The translations under genes and the position numbers were made by a program. A stretch of 64,000 nucleotides of DNA, taken from assembly GCA_963727525.1 (NCBI GenBank), contig CAVSGO010000005.1, positions 192,001 to 256,000 on the forward strand. Direction: 5' to 3'. Of the stretch, positions 49,976 through 58,740 are shown in pieces. The notes beneath the pieces are model-generated. The model saw only the letters and a list, made by a program, of their open reading frames with translations. It had not been told where the DNA came from and made no database searches. Every line of letters begins with the position of its first letter. Positions within the stretch are counted from its first letter, which is position 1. This DNA comes from an uncultured bacterium (GTDB taxonomy: Bacteria > Krumholzibacteriota > Krumholzibacteriia > LZORAL124-64-63).

Positions 49976-51388
49976 TCAGCGATAAGCCGCCGACTGCCCG
50001 CTCGCCTGGATGGCCTCGAGCGCGGCGTGGCGGTAGAGGTCGGACAACGTGGGATAGTTATAGAGCGTCTCGGCGATGCGCCAGGCGTCGGCGTTGCCGT
50101 GCAGGAATGCCTGACCGATGTGGATCAGCTCGCTGGCGCTGAAACCGACGATGTGGGCGCCCACCAGGCGCAAGGAGGGGGTCTCGAAGAGCAGCTTGAG
50201 GATGCCGCCGGTGGCGCCGAGGATCTGGCCGCGAGGGTTGTAGTCGTAGCGGCCGCGGCCGACGACGTACGGGGTTCCGCGTTCCTGAAGGGCCGCCTCC
50301 GTGGCACCGATGTAGCTGACCTCTGGGATCGAGTAGATGGCGAACGGAAGCATCTCGGTCTGGGCGCGCGGGCCGCGCAGGCCGTAGGCGTTGCGAATGG
50401 CCTGGCGGCCCTGCTCCATCGCGGTGGAAGCGAGGGCGGGGTAGCCGATCACGTCGCCGATCGCGAACACGTGCGGCACGGCCGTGCGGTATTGCGCGTC
50501 GACTTCCAGCAATCCGCGGGTGTTGGCCTCCAGCCCGACGTTCTCGAGGCCGATGTCGGCCGTGTTGCCATCGCGGCCGACGCTGTAGAGCATCGCGTCG
50601 GCCTCCAGCACGCGACCGTTCCGCAGGCGACAGAGCACACATGGCGGCGTGCCCGGCAGACGGTCGATGGTCTCGTACGTCGTGCCCGGCACGAAGTCGA
50701 TGCCGAGCTGGATCAGCTCGGACCTGAGCACGTCGGCGATCTCGCGGTCGAGATACGGCAGGAGCTCGTCGCGAGTATCCACCAGCGTCACCGAGAGTCC
50801 CAGCGCCGCGAAGATCGACGCGTACTCCACACCGATCACGCCGGCGCCGAGCACGATCACCGAACGCGGCATGCGCGGCGTGTTGAGGATGGTGGCGCTG
50901 TCGAAGATGGTCTCGTCGTCGAAGGGCACGTCGGCCGGCCGGTTGGGGCAGGTGCCGGTGGCGATCACCATGATGTCACCACTCAACCGTTGCTCGCCGC
51001 CGTCGGGCCGCTCCACGCGCAGGGCGTGCGGGTCGACGAACCGCCCGTGCCCCTGCACCAGCTCCACGCCGTACCTGCCCAGCGCCTTGTTGATCAGCTC
51101 CAGCTCGCGCTGCACGACCATGCGCTTGCGGTGCATGAAGTCGCCGATGGTGATCTCGCCGTCGAGGCTGGCGCGGATGGCATCGAGCTTGGCCAGGGTG
51201 AGGCCGTGCACGAAGAGGGCGCTCTCGCGCAGGGTCTTGCTCGGGATCGCGCCCCAGTTCACGCCGGTGCCGCCCACGGCGTGATAGCTCTCGATCAACG
51301 CGGTGCGCTTGCCGTTGCGGGCGGCCTGGATCGCGGCGCGGTCGCCGGCCGGCCCGCCACCGACCACCACGACGTCGTAATGCTGCAT
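49976..51388 (-). CDS. sthA: soluble pyridine nucleotide transhydrogenase-like flavoprotein
   Basis: GGGPAG, IPSKTLRE, GAGVIGVEYASIF, GDVIGYPALAS, IYSIPE, ELIHIGQ, NYPTL. Confidence 0.88.
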   Translation of the reverse strand: MQHYDVVVVGGGPAGDRAAIQAARNGKRTALIESYHAVGGTGVNWGAIPSKTLRESALFVHGLTLAKLDAIRASLDGEITIGDFMHRKRMVVQRELELINKALGRYGVELVQGHGRFVDPHALRVERPDGGEQRLSGDIMVIATGTCPNRPADVPFDDETIFDSATILNTPRMPRSVIVLGAGVIGVEYASIFAALGLSVTLVDTRDELLPYLDREIADVLRSELIQLGIDFVPGTTYETIDRLPGTPPCVLCRLRNGRVLEADAMLYSVGRDGNTADIGLENVGLEANTRGLLEVDAQYRTAVPHVFAIGDVIGYPALASTAMEQGRQAIRNAYGLRGPRAQTEMLPFAIYSIPEVSYIGATEAALQERGTPYVVGRGRYDYNPRGQILGATGGILKLLFETPSLRLVGAHIVGFSASELIHIGQAFLHGNADAWRIAETLYNYPTLSDLYRHAALEAIQASGQSAAYR

Positions 51389-51546
51389 CGTGCCTCCTCT
51401 GGGCCCCCGGTTCTGGGCCTCCAGTGTCGCCCGATTCGCCAGGGAACGCCAGCCGTAACCCGTTGTCCTGCGCGGCGAGAGCCGTTGCCGACCGCCCGGC
51501 CCCGCGGCGCGGCTAGGAATTCCTCAAGAATCGTCTCGCTCTCGCC

Positions 51547-51562
51547 ATGTAAGCGGTTACAT
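51547..51562. promoter_or_regulatory. candidate LacI-family operator
   Basis: ATGTAAGCGGTTACAT near-perfect palindrome with central CG, about 110 bp upstream of the NHL/SGNH gene. Confidence 0.6.
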
Positions 51563-51673
51563 CACCACCGTTGGTCTGCTAGACTCCGCTTGTTGCATCC
51601 TGGATATCATTTCCTCGAAGCAACACCCCATCGTCTCCTTGGTCCGACAACCTCAAGCGAAAGGCGCGAGCCG

Positions 51674-54600
51674 ATGAGAAACCTAGCTCACGTCCGGGCT
51701 GTCGCAGCCACCGTGCTGCTCCTCGTGCTGGGCACACCGGCCCTGGCGCAGTTCGTCGACGGCATGCCCGCCGAGGGCGTCCTCGGCCCCACCGATTTCA
51801 CCACTCGCCCCTCTGCCGCCACCACCGACAGCCAGTTCAACGGCCCCAATGGCGTGGCGGTGGATCCGCTGACGGGCAAGCTCTTCGTGGTCGACCGCGG
51901 CAACCATCGCGTGCTGCGCTGGTCGTCGGTCGATGCCATGGTCGATGGCGCGGCCGCCGAGGCGGTCCTCGGTCAAACGGACTTCGTCACCGGCACATCC
52001 GGCCTCAGCGCCACCCGGTTCAACAACCCCATCGGCGCCTGCGTGGACGCCGTCGGTCGCCTCTGGATCGGCGACTTCAGCAACAATCGCGTGCTGCGCT
52101 TCGACGACGCGTCGAACAAAGCCACCGGCGCCGCCGCCGACGCGGTGCTCGGACAGCCTGATTTCGTCACCGGGTCGTCGGGCACCACCGCCGACAAGAT
52201 GGGCGGCCCCGTGGGCGTGTTCCTCGACGCCGACGGCATCCTCTGGGTGAGCAACTTCAACAATCATCGCGTGCTGCGCTTCGACGACGCCGCGAACAAG
52301 CCCGACGGCGCCGCCGCCGATGGCGTGCTCGGTCAGCCCGACTTCACCAGCGGTTCCAGCTCGCTTTCGCAGACCGGCATGGCCAACCCGAATGACGTCG
52401 TCGTCGACGCCAGCGGCAACCTCTACGTGAGCGACTACGCCAACCGCCGCGTGCTACGCTTCGACGCCGCGGCCATCAAGGCCAACGGCGCCGCGGCCGA
52501 CGGCGTGCTCGGCAAACCCGACTTCGTCACCGGCGGCTCCATGCTCAGCCAGACCACCATGGGCACGACGCGCTACGTCGAGGTGGACGCCGCGGGCCAC
52601 CTGTACGTGGTAGGCGAGGGCAACAACCGCATGCTCGTCTTCAACGATGCGGCGACGCTGCCCAACGGCGCGCCGGCCGATTTCGTGATCGGCCAGCCCG
52701 ACTTCGACACCAGCACCATCCTCGATCCCCCGACGGCCTCCAGCCTGCGCACGCCGCGCGCCGTCGAGGTTGACGAGACCAACCACGTGCTCTGGCTCGC
52801 CGACTGGGCGAACCAGCGCGTGCTGCGCTACCCCATCGGCTCCACCACCGAGCCGAACATCATCCTCGTGTCGCCCAGTGGCGGCGAGGAGTGGCTCTCG
52901 GGCAGCACCCACGCCATCACCTGGGGCGTCAACATGGTGGCGACCCTGACCATCGAATACTCCACCGACGACGGCGCCTCCTGGCAAACCATCGCCTCGG
53001 GCGTGGACGCGTCCCTCGGCACCTACGCCTGGATCGTCCCGGCCGCGCCGACGACCACGGCCCGCGTGCGTCTGAGCGACGAAGCCGACAGCGCCGTGAA
53101 CGACATCGACGCGCAGTCGTTCACGATCGCCATGCCCGTGTACACGATCATGGTGGAATCTCCCAATGGCTCGCAGCAGTGGGAGGTCGGCTCGAGCCAG
53201 CACATCCTCTTCACGGCAGTGAACCTGACATCGGTGGATGTCGAGGTCAGCGACGACGGCGGCAGCACGTGGACCACCGTGGCCGCGGCGGCTCCCGCCA
53301 GCGACGGCTCCGTGGCGTGGACCGTGCCCGATGGTCCCGGTGATCAGTACCTCATGCGCGTCACCGACGCCGACGGTTCCGGTGCCACGGATACCAGCGA
53401 CGAGATGTTCGCCGTGGTCCTCGAGGTCACCGGCGACGAGTTCGACGAGATCTTCTTTCGCGACAGCCCCACGCCCGACTACTACGATCCCAGCTACGTC
53501 TTCGCCAATACGCCGAGCACGTTCGTGAGCTGGGGCTCGTCCAAGATCCCCGTGGCCACGGAACGCTCGCTCCGCGGCAACTACAGCTTGTCGTTCGAGT
53601 GGAACTCGCAGGTCGGCGGCGACTGGGGCGCGGCCGTGGCCTCGCTCGGCTGGCTCGGCCACGACGTCGCCCAGCGCGACAGCCTGGTCTTCTGGGTCTA
53701 CACCGACGAGCCCATCGATCCAGCGGATCTGCCCTGCATCTACCTGGAAGACCTCTCCAACGCGAAGACCGAGCACCTCCCGCTGTCCGACTACCTGGGC
53801 GCCATCACGTCAGCCGAATGGCAACGCGTCGCCCTCGACCTGCAGGTCTTCCGCGACCATCCGGGATCGGCCGACCTCACGCGCATCAAGACCATCTTCT
53901 TCGGCCAGCAGGCAGCCGACGGCGTGGCGCACCACTGGTTCATGGACGACGTGCGCATGACCGGCGGCGAGATCCTCACCGGCCTGGACGTGCCCACCAT
54001 CGTCGTGCTCGGCTCGTCCACCGCAGCGGGTACCGGCGCCAGTTCTCCCGACAGCTCGTGGGTCGGCCGGTACCGGCACTACGTGGTGGAACAGGACAGC
54101 ACCGCGCAGGTGGTCAACCTGGCGATCGGCGGCTTCACCACCTACAACATCATGCCCGACGGATATGAACCGCCGGCCGGTCGTCCGGGCCCGAGCCCGG
54201 GCCACAATATCACCCGAGCCCTGGCCTACGACCCCTGGGCCATCATCATCAACCTGCCCAGCAACGACATCACCTCGGGCTTCACCATCGAGGAGCAGCT
54301 CGCGAACTACGACGTGGTACTGGGCCTGGCCGCGGATGCGGACATTCCCGTGTGGATCTCCACCACGCAGCCGCGCAACCTGCCGACGCAGGAGCAGCGC
54401 GACCTGCAGCACACCATGGCCGACACCACGCTCACCCTCTTCGGCGACCACGCCGTCGACTTCTGGTACGGCCTTGCGGCCGCCGATGGCACCATCCTGC
54501 CGGAGTACGACTCGGGTGACGGCATCCACCTGAACGACTCGGGACACGCCGTGCTGTACGGACGCGTCGTCGCCAGGGACATCTGGAATCAGATCACGGC

Positions 54601-54919
54601 GGTGGAGAATCCGTACGAGGACGACACGCCCACCGTGCCAGGAGCCACCCGGCTATTTCAGAACGCACCGAACCCCTTCAACCCCAGCACGAAGATCAAC
54701 TTCTCGCTGAATCAGGCCGGCGACGTGACGCTGGCCGTCTACGATCTGCGCGGCCACCAGGTGCGGCGCCTCGTGGCGGGCGCGATGGTGGCCGGCGACC
54801 ACACCATCGTCTGGGACGGCAAGAACGATCGCGGCCAGCCCACGGCCAGCGGCGTGTACTTCTACCGCCTGCAAACGCCCGCGCGCGTGCTTACACGGTC
54901 GATGCTGATGGTGAAATAG
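51674..54919 (+). CDS. secreted NHL-repeat / Ig-like / CBM-like / SGNH hydrolase protein with FlgD-Ig C-terminal domain
   Basis: Six NHL-like repeats (..NHRVLRF..A.GVLGQPDF), two 'SP.G.E.W..GS.H.I' modules, VLGSSTAAG...NLPSND...DGIH SGNH motifs, PNPFNP...SMLMVK. Confidence 0.88.
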   Translation: MRNLAHVRAVAATVLLLVLGTPALAQFVDGMPAEGVLGPTDFTTRPSAATTDSQFNGPNGVAVDPLTGKLFVVDRGNHRVLRWSSVDAMVDGAAAEAVLGQTDFVTGTSGLSATRFNNPIGACVDAVGRLWIGDFSNNRVLRFDDASNKATGAAADAVLGQPDFVTGSSGTTADKMGGPVGVFLDADGILWVSNFNNHRVLRFDDAANKPDGAAADGVLGQPDFTSGSSSLSQTGMANPNDVVVDASGNLYVSDYANRRVLRFDAAAIKANGAAADGVLGKPDFVTGGSMLSQTTMGTTRYVEVDAAGHLYVVGEGNNRMLVFNDAATLPNGAPADFVIGQPDFDTSTILDPPTASSLRTPRAVEVDETNHVLWLADWANQRVLRYPIGSTTEPNIILVSPSGGEEWLSGSTHAITWGVNMVATLTIEYSTDDGASWQTIASGVDASLGTYAWIVPAAPTTTARVRLSDEADSAVNDIDAQSFTIAMPVYTIMVESPNGSQQWEVGSSQHILFTAVNLTSVDVEVSDDGGSTWTTVAAAAPASDGSVAWTVPDGPGDQYLMRVTDADGSGATDTSDEMFAVVLEVTGDEFDEIFFRDSPTPDYYDPSYVFANTPSTFVSWGSSKIPVATERSLRGNYSLSFEWNSQVGGDWGAAVASLGWLGHDVAQRDSLVFWVYTDEPIDPADLPCIYLEDLSNAKTEHLPLSDYLGAITSAEWQRVALDLQVFRDHPGSADLTRIKTIFFGQQAADGVAHHWFMDDVRMTGGEILTGLDVPTIVVLGSSTAAGTGASSPDSSWVGRYRHYVVEQDSTAQVVNLAIGGFTTYNIMPDGYEPPAGRPGPSPGHNITRALAYDPWAIIINLPSNDITSGFTIEEQLANYDVVLGLAADADIPVWISTTQPRNLPTQEQRDLQHTMADTTLTLFGDHAVDFWYGLAAADGTILPEYDSGDGIHLNDSGHAVLYGRVVARDIWNQITAVENPYEDDTPTVPGATRLFQNAPNPFNPSTKINFSLNQAGDVTLAVYDLRGHQVRRLVAGAMVAGDHTIVWDGKNDRGQPTASGVYFYRLQTPARVLTRSMLMVK
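51900..52830 (+). repeat. 180-bp coding tandem repeats (NHL blades)
   Basis: 'cgcgtgct.cgcttcgacg' recurs at about 52088, 52268 and 52448. Confidence 0.85.
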
Positions 54920-54936
54920 ACGCCATGACGATGGAG

Positions 54937-54963
54937 GCCCCGGTCATCGCGGCCGGGGCTTCC
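54937..54963 (+). terminator. terminator-like hairpin
   Basis: GCCCCGGTC-atcgc-GGCCGGGGC stem, weak U-tract. Confidence 0.55.
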
Positions 54964-54989
54964 TGGATCTGGCGGCGCGAGTCCCGACG

Positions 54990-55240
54990 GCTGCCGCGCC
55001 ACAAGTACCGGGTTGGTCACGCGGTGGCGGAGCGGATCCACGGTTTGGCCCAGCAACAGGTCGCCCAGCATGCGATGGCCGTGCGGTCCCATGACCAGCA
55101 GGTCGAGGTGGTGACTCACCACGAAGGCGGCAAGCTCCTTCACCGGATCGCCATGCAAGAGGGCGATCTCCATGGCCACGCCGAGGGCGCGGACCTCCTC
55201 GGCGATCTCCGTGAGGTAGCGCTCGTCGCCGCCATGCGTC
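54990..55240 (-). pseudogene. universal-stress-protein (USP) domain remnant
   Basis: 'LLHGDPVKEL....HLDLLVMGPHGHRMLGDLLLGQTVDPLRHRVTNPVLVAR'; no proper start or stop. Confidence 0.7.
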
Positions 55241-55349
55241 CGGCAGATCGGCAAGGCGCGCCAACCCAGGGGTCACGTCCGAACCCTGCGGGATCGGCGT
55301 TCCACCGGGGTCGTGCGACGGACGTCCCAGCCGGAGGTCCAGGCGCTAC

Positions 55350-55610
55350 ACCATCGTCCGACAGCACGTGCTCCCGGCGATGGGCCTCCGCATGCACCCG
55401 CGCCGGCGGCACACCCAGAACACGCACGAGAAACGTCCCCACCAGCCCCTCGCGATCGAGGGTCTTGAGCATGCCCGTCACCGATGCCGCCGCCACCCCT
55501 AGCCGGTCGACAAGTCGATTGATAGTCACCGCGGCGGTGTTGGCCTCGAGACGCATGATGGCGGTGAGATAATCGCCGTGGGTCACGCTCATCTTGGGAA
55601 TGGTCAGCAT
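55350..55610 (-). pseudogene. DtxR/MntR family metal-dependent repressor remnant
   Basis: 'GDYLTAI...RLGVAAASVTGMLKTL..EGLV' joined directly to 'TFLVRVLGV....VHAEAHRREH'; RRHRL segment missing; GGAGG RBS. Confidence 0.75.
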
Positions 55611-55642
55611 CGTGTCCTCCCCAGATTTCATGTCAGCAGGGA

Positions 55643-55663
55643 TATTTCAGTCTGCCTGAAATA
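55643..55663. promoter_or_regulatory. candidate DtxR/MntR box
   Basis: TATTTCAG-tctgc-CTGAAATA perfect 8-5-8 inverted repeat about 30 bp upstream of the repressor remnant. Confidence 0.65.
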
Positions 55664-55753
55664 CATCTCAAGCGATTTTTTATCAACGTGTTACGGAAAA
55701 CGACGAAGCCCACGCCGTAGCATGGGCCCGTCCAATCCGGCGGCGACCACAAG

Positions 55754-56569
55754 CTATTTTACCAGGACCATCCGCCGGGTCGCCACCACCCCCGCGCCCT
55801 CGAGCCGGTACACGTACGTGCCCGAGGCCACGGCCTGGCCGCGGGAGTCCCGCCCATCCCAGGTGGTGCGATGCTCGCCGGCCGGCAGATCGCCGTCGAC
55901 GAGGGTGGCCACGCGCCGGCCGTCCAACCCGTACACCGCGACGGTGGTATGGCCGGGCGCCGGGAGCGCGAAGCGGATCGTCGTGCGCGGGTTGAAGGGA
56001 TTCGGCTGGTTGTCCAGCGACACGGCGGCCGGTCTGGCTCCGGCCGCGGGGCCGCTCTCGTTGATCGTGAACGCCGGGCTCTGGGACGTACGCAGCGACG
56101 TGACCGCGCCCACGTGTTCGCGGTCGCCGCCCACGAAGGCGGGCGCGGGCGGCGTCACCGAGGACGGATCGTTGGCCGCCAGGCGGAGCCAGCCGGGCTG
56201 ATCGTCGGTGACCACACAGGTGGCGCGCGCCAGCACGATGTGGTCTGCCGCAGGCAAAGGCCGGGCTAGACCCACCGCGAAACGCGGCGCCTCGGCGATG
56301 TTGAGAGCCTGCCCCTCGTATACCCAGTCGGCGATCCGCAGGTTCGGCGACGCCGCGACGACGCATTCCCAGCCACGCACATCCACGCCAGCATGGGACA
56401 GCACGAGGTAGACCGGGAACGGGGTGTCCGGCGTGACCGTGGCCTCGGCACCAGTAGCTGCCTCATCGGCATAGATCCCGATATCGGACGCCTGCAACGG
56501 TGTCGCGAGGAAGACGCTGCCCACGAGCGCGAACAGCGGCAGGAACGAAAGGGCTTGTCTGGTCTTCAT
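55754..56569 (-). CDS. secreted beta-sandwich protein with FlgD-Ig C-terminal domain
   Basis: Signal peptide; 'IGIYAD...VYLVL...GWE...PSS' domain; NQPNPFNP...WDG...RRMVLVK; AGGAG RBS. Confidence 0.82.
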   Translation of the reverse strand: MKTRQALSFLPLFALVGSVFLATPLQASDIGIYADEAATGAEATVTPDTPFPVYLVLSHAGVDVRGWECVVAASPNLRIADWVYEGQALNIAEAPRFAVGLARPLPAADHIVLARATCVVTDDQPGWLRLAANDPSSVTPPAPAFVGGDREHVGAVTSLRTSQSPAFTINESGPAAGARPAAVSLDNQPNPFNPRTTIRFALPAPGHTTVAVYGLDGRRVATLVDGDLPAGEHRTTWDGRDSRGQAVASGTYVYRLEGAGVVATRRMVLVK

Positions 56570-56619
56570 GCTCGTCTCCTCGATCATGGCGCAGCCCAGC
56601 GACCGCGCGCGTCTGGGAC

Positions 56620-58095
56620 TTACGGACAGCCGGCGCAGGCTGTCCCGTTGGCGAGCGCGAGCGCGGCGAAGTCCGAGAGGTTGAGCACCCCGTCGAAATG
56701 GAAATCTGCGCATACGGTGTAGGCGACGAAATACGCCTGGGCGAATAGAGGGATGTCGGCCAGGTTCATGATGCCGTCCCCGTTCATGTCAGGGCTATGG
56801 AACTGGATGTCCATGGGTTGCCCCAGCGGTCCCCAGGATGTCATGACCTGCGTCATCTCGCCGCCGGCCGCGTCGGTACATCCGCCGGCACACACGGGGT
56901 TGGAAAAAGTTGTCCGCCCGGCCGGTCCGGTCGGCGCGTCGGCAATGGGTACCCGATCCGACGTCGAGCAGCAATCGCGGCACGTGGCGAGATTCCCCAG
57001 CGTGGTCTCCAGCCACATATGGTCCGCGGGCACCCCCGCGATCGCCACGCCGGTACAGCTGATCATCTGCACGTCGACCGTGGCATCCACGACCACACCG
57101 CCCGGTGCGAACGCATGCGTCAAAGGGTCGCCCGTGCAGATCGGGATGTTGGTCACCCAGACCTGTCCCGCAGCGCGAGTGCCGGCTGTGCTGGCGTTGA
57201 GGTCGGGACAATCGGGATTCGTGTTTACCGTCACCGGATTTCCGGCGAACTGGCCAGCGGTGAACGTGCTGCAACCCAGGTCCACGTTGCTCACCGGCCC
57301 CACGAAACCATCGGGGCCGCTGGGCGCCGCGTTGTTCGTGACGGTGGTGTTGCAGCAGAACACCAGCGACTGGTTCACGGCGTACAGACCGCCGCCCTCG
57401 GTGATCGCATCGTTGGTGTCGACCAGGCAACCATTGGCGCGGCCGGTCTATTGCGCGGTGAACGCCAGGGCGCCGCCCTGCTCGGCATGGTTGTTCGCCA
57501 TGGTGCAGAGGCTGAATTCCGCGTCGCTCATGTCGTCCAGCAAACAGCCGCCGCCCCGGTGCTGGGCGTCGTTGACATCGAAGCTGCAGTGACGGATGTC
57601 GAGATCGGCATGGGAGCCGAAGAGACCGCCGCCCGCCACGGCCCGATTGTCGCGAATTCCGGATTCCTGGAGGTACACGGTGGCATCGATGGCAGCCACG
57701 CCGCCACCATGATCGCCATTGACGAGGGGGCCGTTCGCCTGGCAATGAGAGAACACGAAACCGCGCACGTGGACCGTGGCGTTATTGACGTAGAGACCGC
57801 GCCCGGCGAAGCCGGGGTCGACGACCACCGGGCCGGTCCCTGCGAACCGAACCAGGCAGATGTCCTTGTTCTCGACGACGATGCAGTTGGTACTGCCGGT
57901 GAGGGCGTCCGTCGTGATGCAGGACGTATATGTCCCGCCATCGACGAGGATGATGTCTCCCGAGGAGGCGACATTGACGGCCGCCTGGATGGTCGAAAAG
58001 GATCCGGGGACGTAATAGGTGGTGGCGAGCGCCGCCTGCGCTACGGTGAACACCGCGATGGCGACGACCGCCGACACGCGATTGGTTCGGCCCAT
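56620..58095 (-). pseudogene. secreted beta-helix (GGA/GGG repeat) protein with dockerin/EF-hand-like C-terminus, interrupted by one in-frame TAG
   Basis: ORFs 57448..58095 and 56620..57447 share a frame; TAG at 57448-57450 lies within continuing 'N.A..GG' repeats; 'PDMNGDGIMNLAD..DFHFDGVLNLSD' tail. Confidence 0.72.
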
Positions 58096-58166
58096 GGCTC
58101 TTCCCTTCGGTTCGGCGGTGATATGATTTTTGGACAGATGCGAGGCGTGGCGCTGATTCTGGAGAA

Positions 58167-58196
58167 ATTTTATCTGATCTTGACATGCGAATGCAA
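58167..58196 (-). promoter_or_regulatory. sigma70-type promoter
   Basis: TTGCAT-18 nt-TAAAAT on minus strand upstream of 58095. Confidence 0.45.
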
Positions 58197-58368
58197 GTCC
58201 GGGTCTTGGTTCAGGGGATCTCGCCAGGATTAGCGGCGTCCAAAAATTACGAGAAAAGCCCTCCACAACTTTCGCTTGTCGTCGAATCGGCAGCATACGA
58301 GATTGGAGCTCGGCTCGCGCCCGCGAGGGCCCGACGAATCCGAGGACCCCTGATACCGAAGAGAATCG

Positions 58369-58740
58369 ATGCGTCACCTGTTGCACCTGATCGTCTCCAT
58401 CCTCATGTGGGTCCTCTTCGGATACTACTGGTACATCGTCATGGGACGTGAAGTCGGCCCCGGCACCACGCGGGCCATCGTGATCCTGGGCATGCTGGTT
58501 CTCGTGGGCCTGGTGACGACGGCGCTCTGGATCGAGCACAATCTGCTCCTCGCGCGCAGGCTCGAGGGACGCCGGCAGGGAGTGCGCGGAGCGCCTGAGC
58601 CGAACATCGAATGGGATGCCATCGGGCGGCCGATTACGCATCCCGGATTGCCGTTGCTGCGTGCGGCGACGATCGTCGACATCACGGCGGACCCCGAGAG
58701 CAAGACCTTCACGGTCGGAGCTGCGAAGGAACCGTCGTGA
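58369..58740 (+). CDS. small two-TM membrane protein, putative PgaD/IcaD analogue
   Basis: Two TM helices then 'WIEHNL....RR' resembling PgaD W..YN..R; GTGA overlap with pgaC. Confidence 0.6.
   Translation: MRHLLHLIVSILMWVLFGYYWYIVMGREVGPGTTRAIVILGMLVLVGLVTTALWIEHNLLLARRLEGRRQGVRGAPEPNIEWDAIGRPITHPGLPLLRAATIVDITADPESKTFTVGAAKEPS

Noticed and set aside
50027-51673. N-terminal extension giving a 1630-aa ORF
   Set aside because: Antisense shadow of sthA; the real signal peptide starts at 51674
51900-52830. CRISPR-like periodic repeats
   Set aside because: 180-bp period with in-frame synonymous variation: coding NHL repeats; no cas genes
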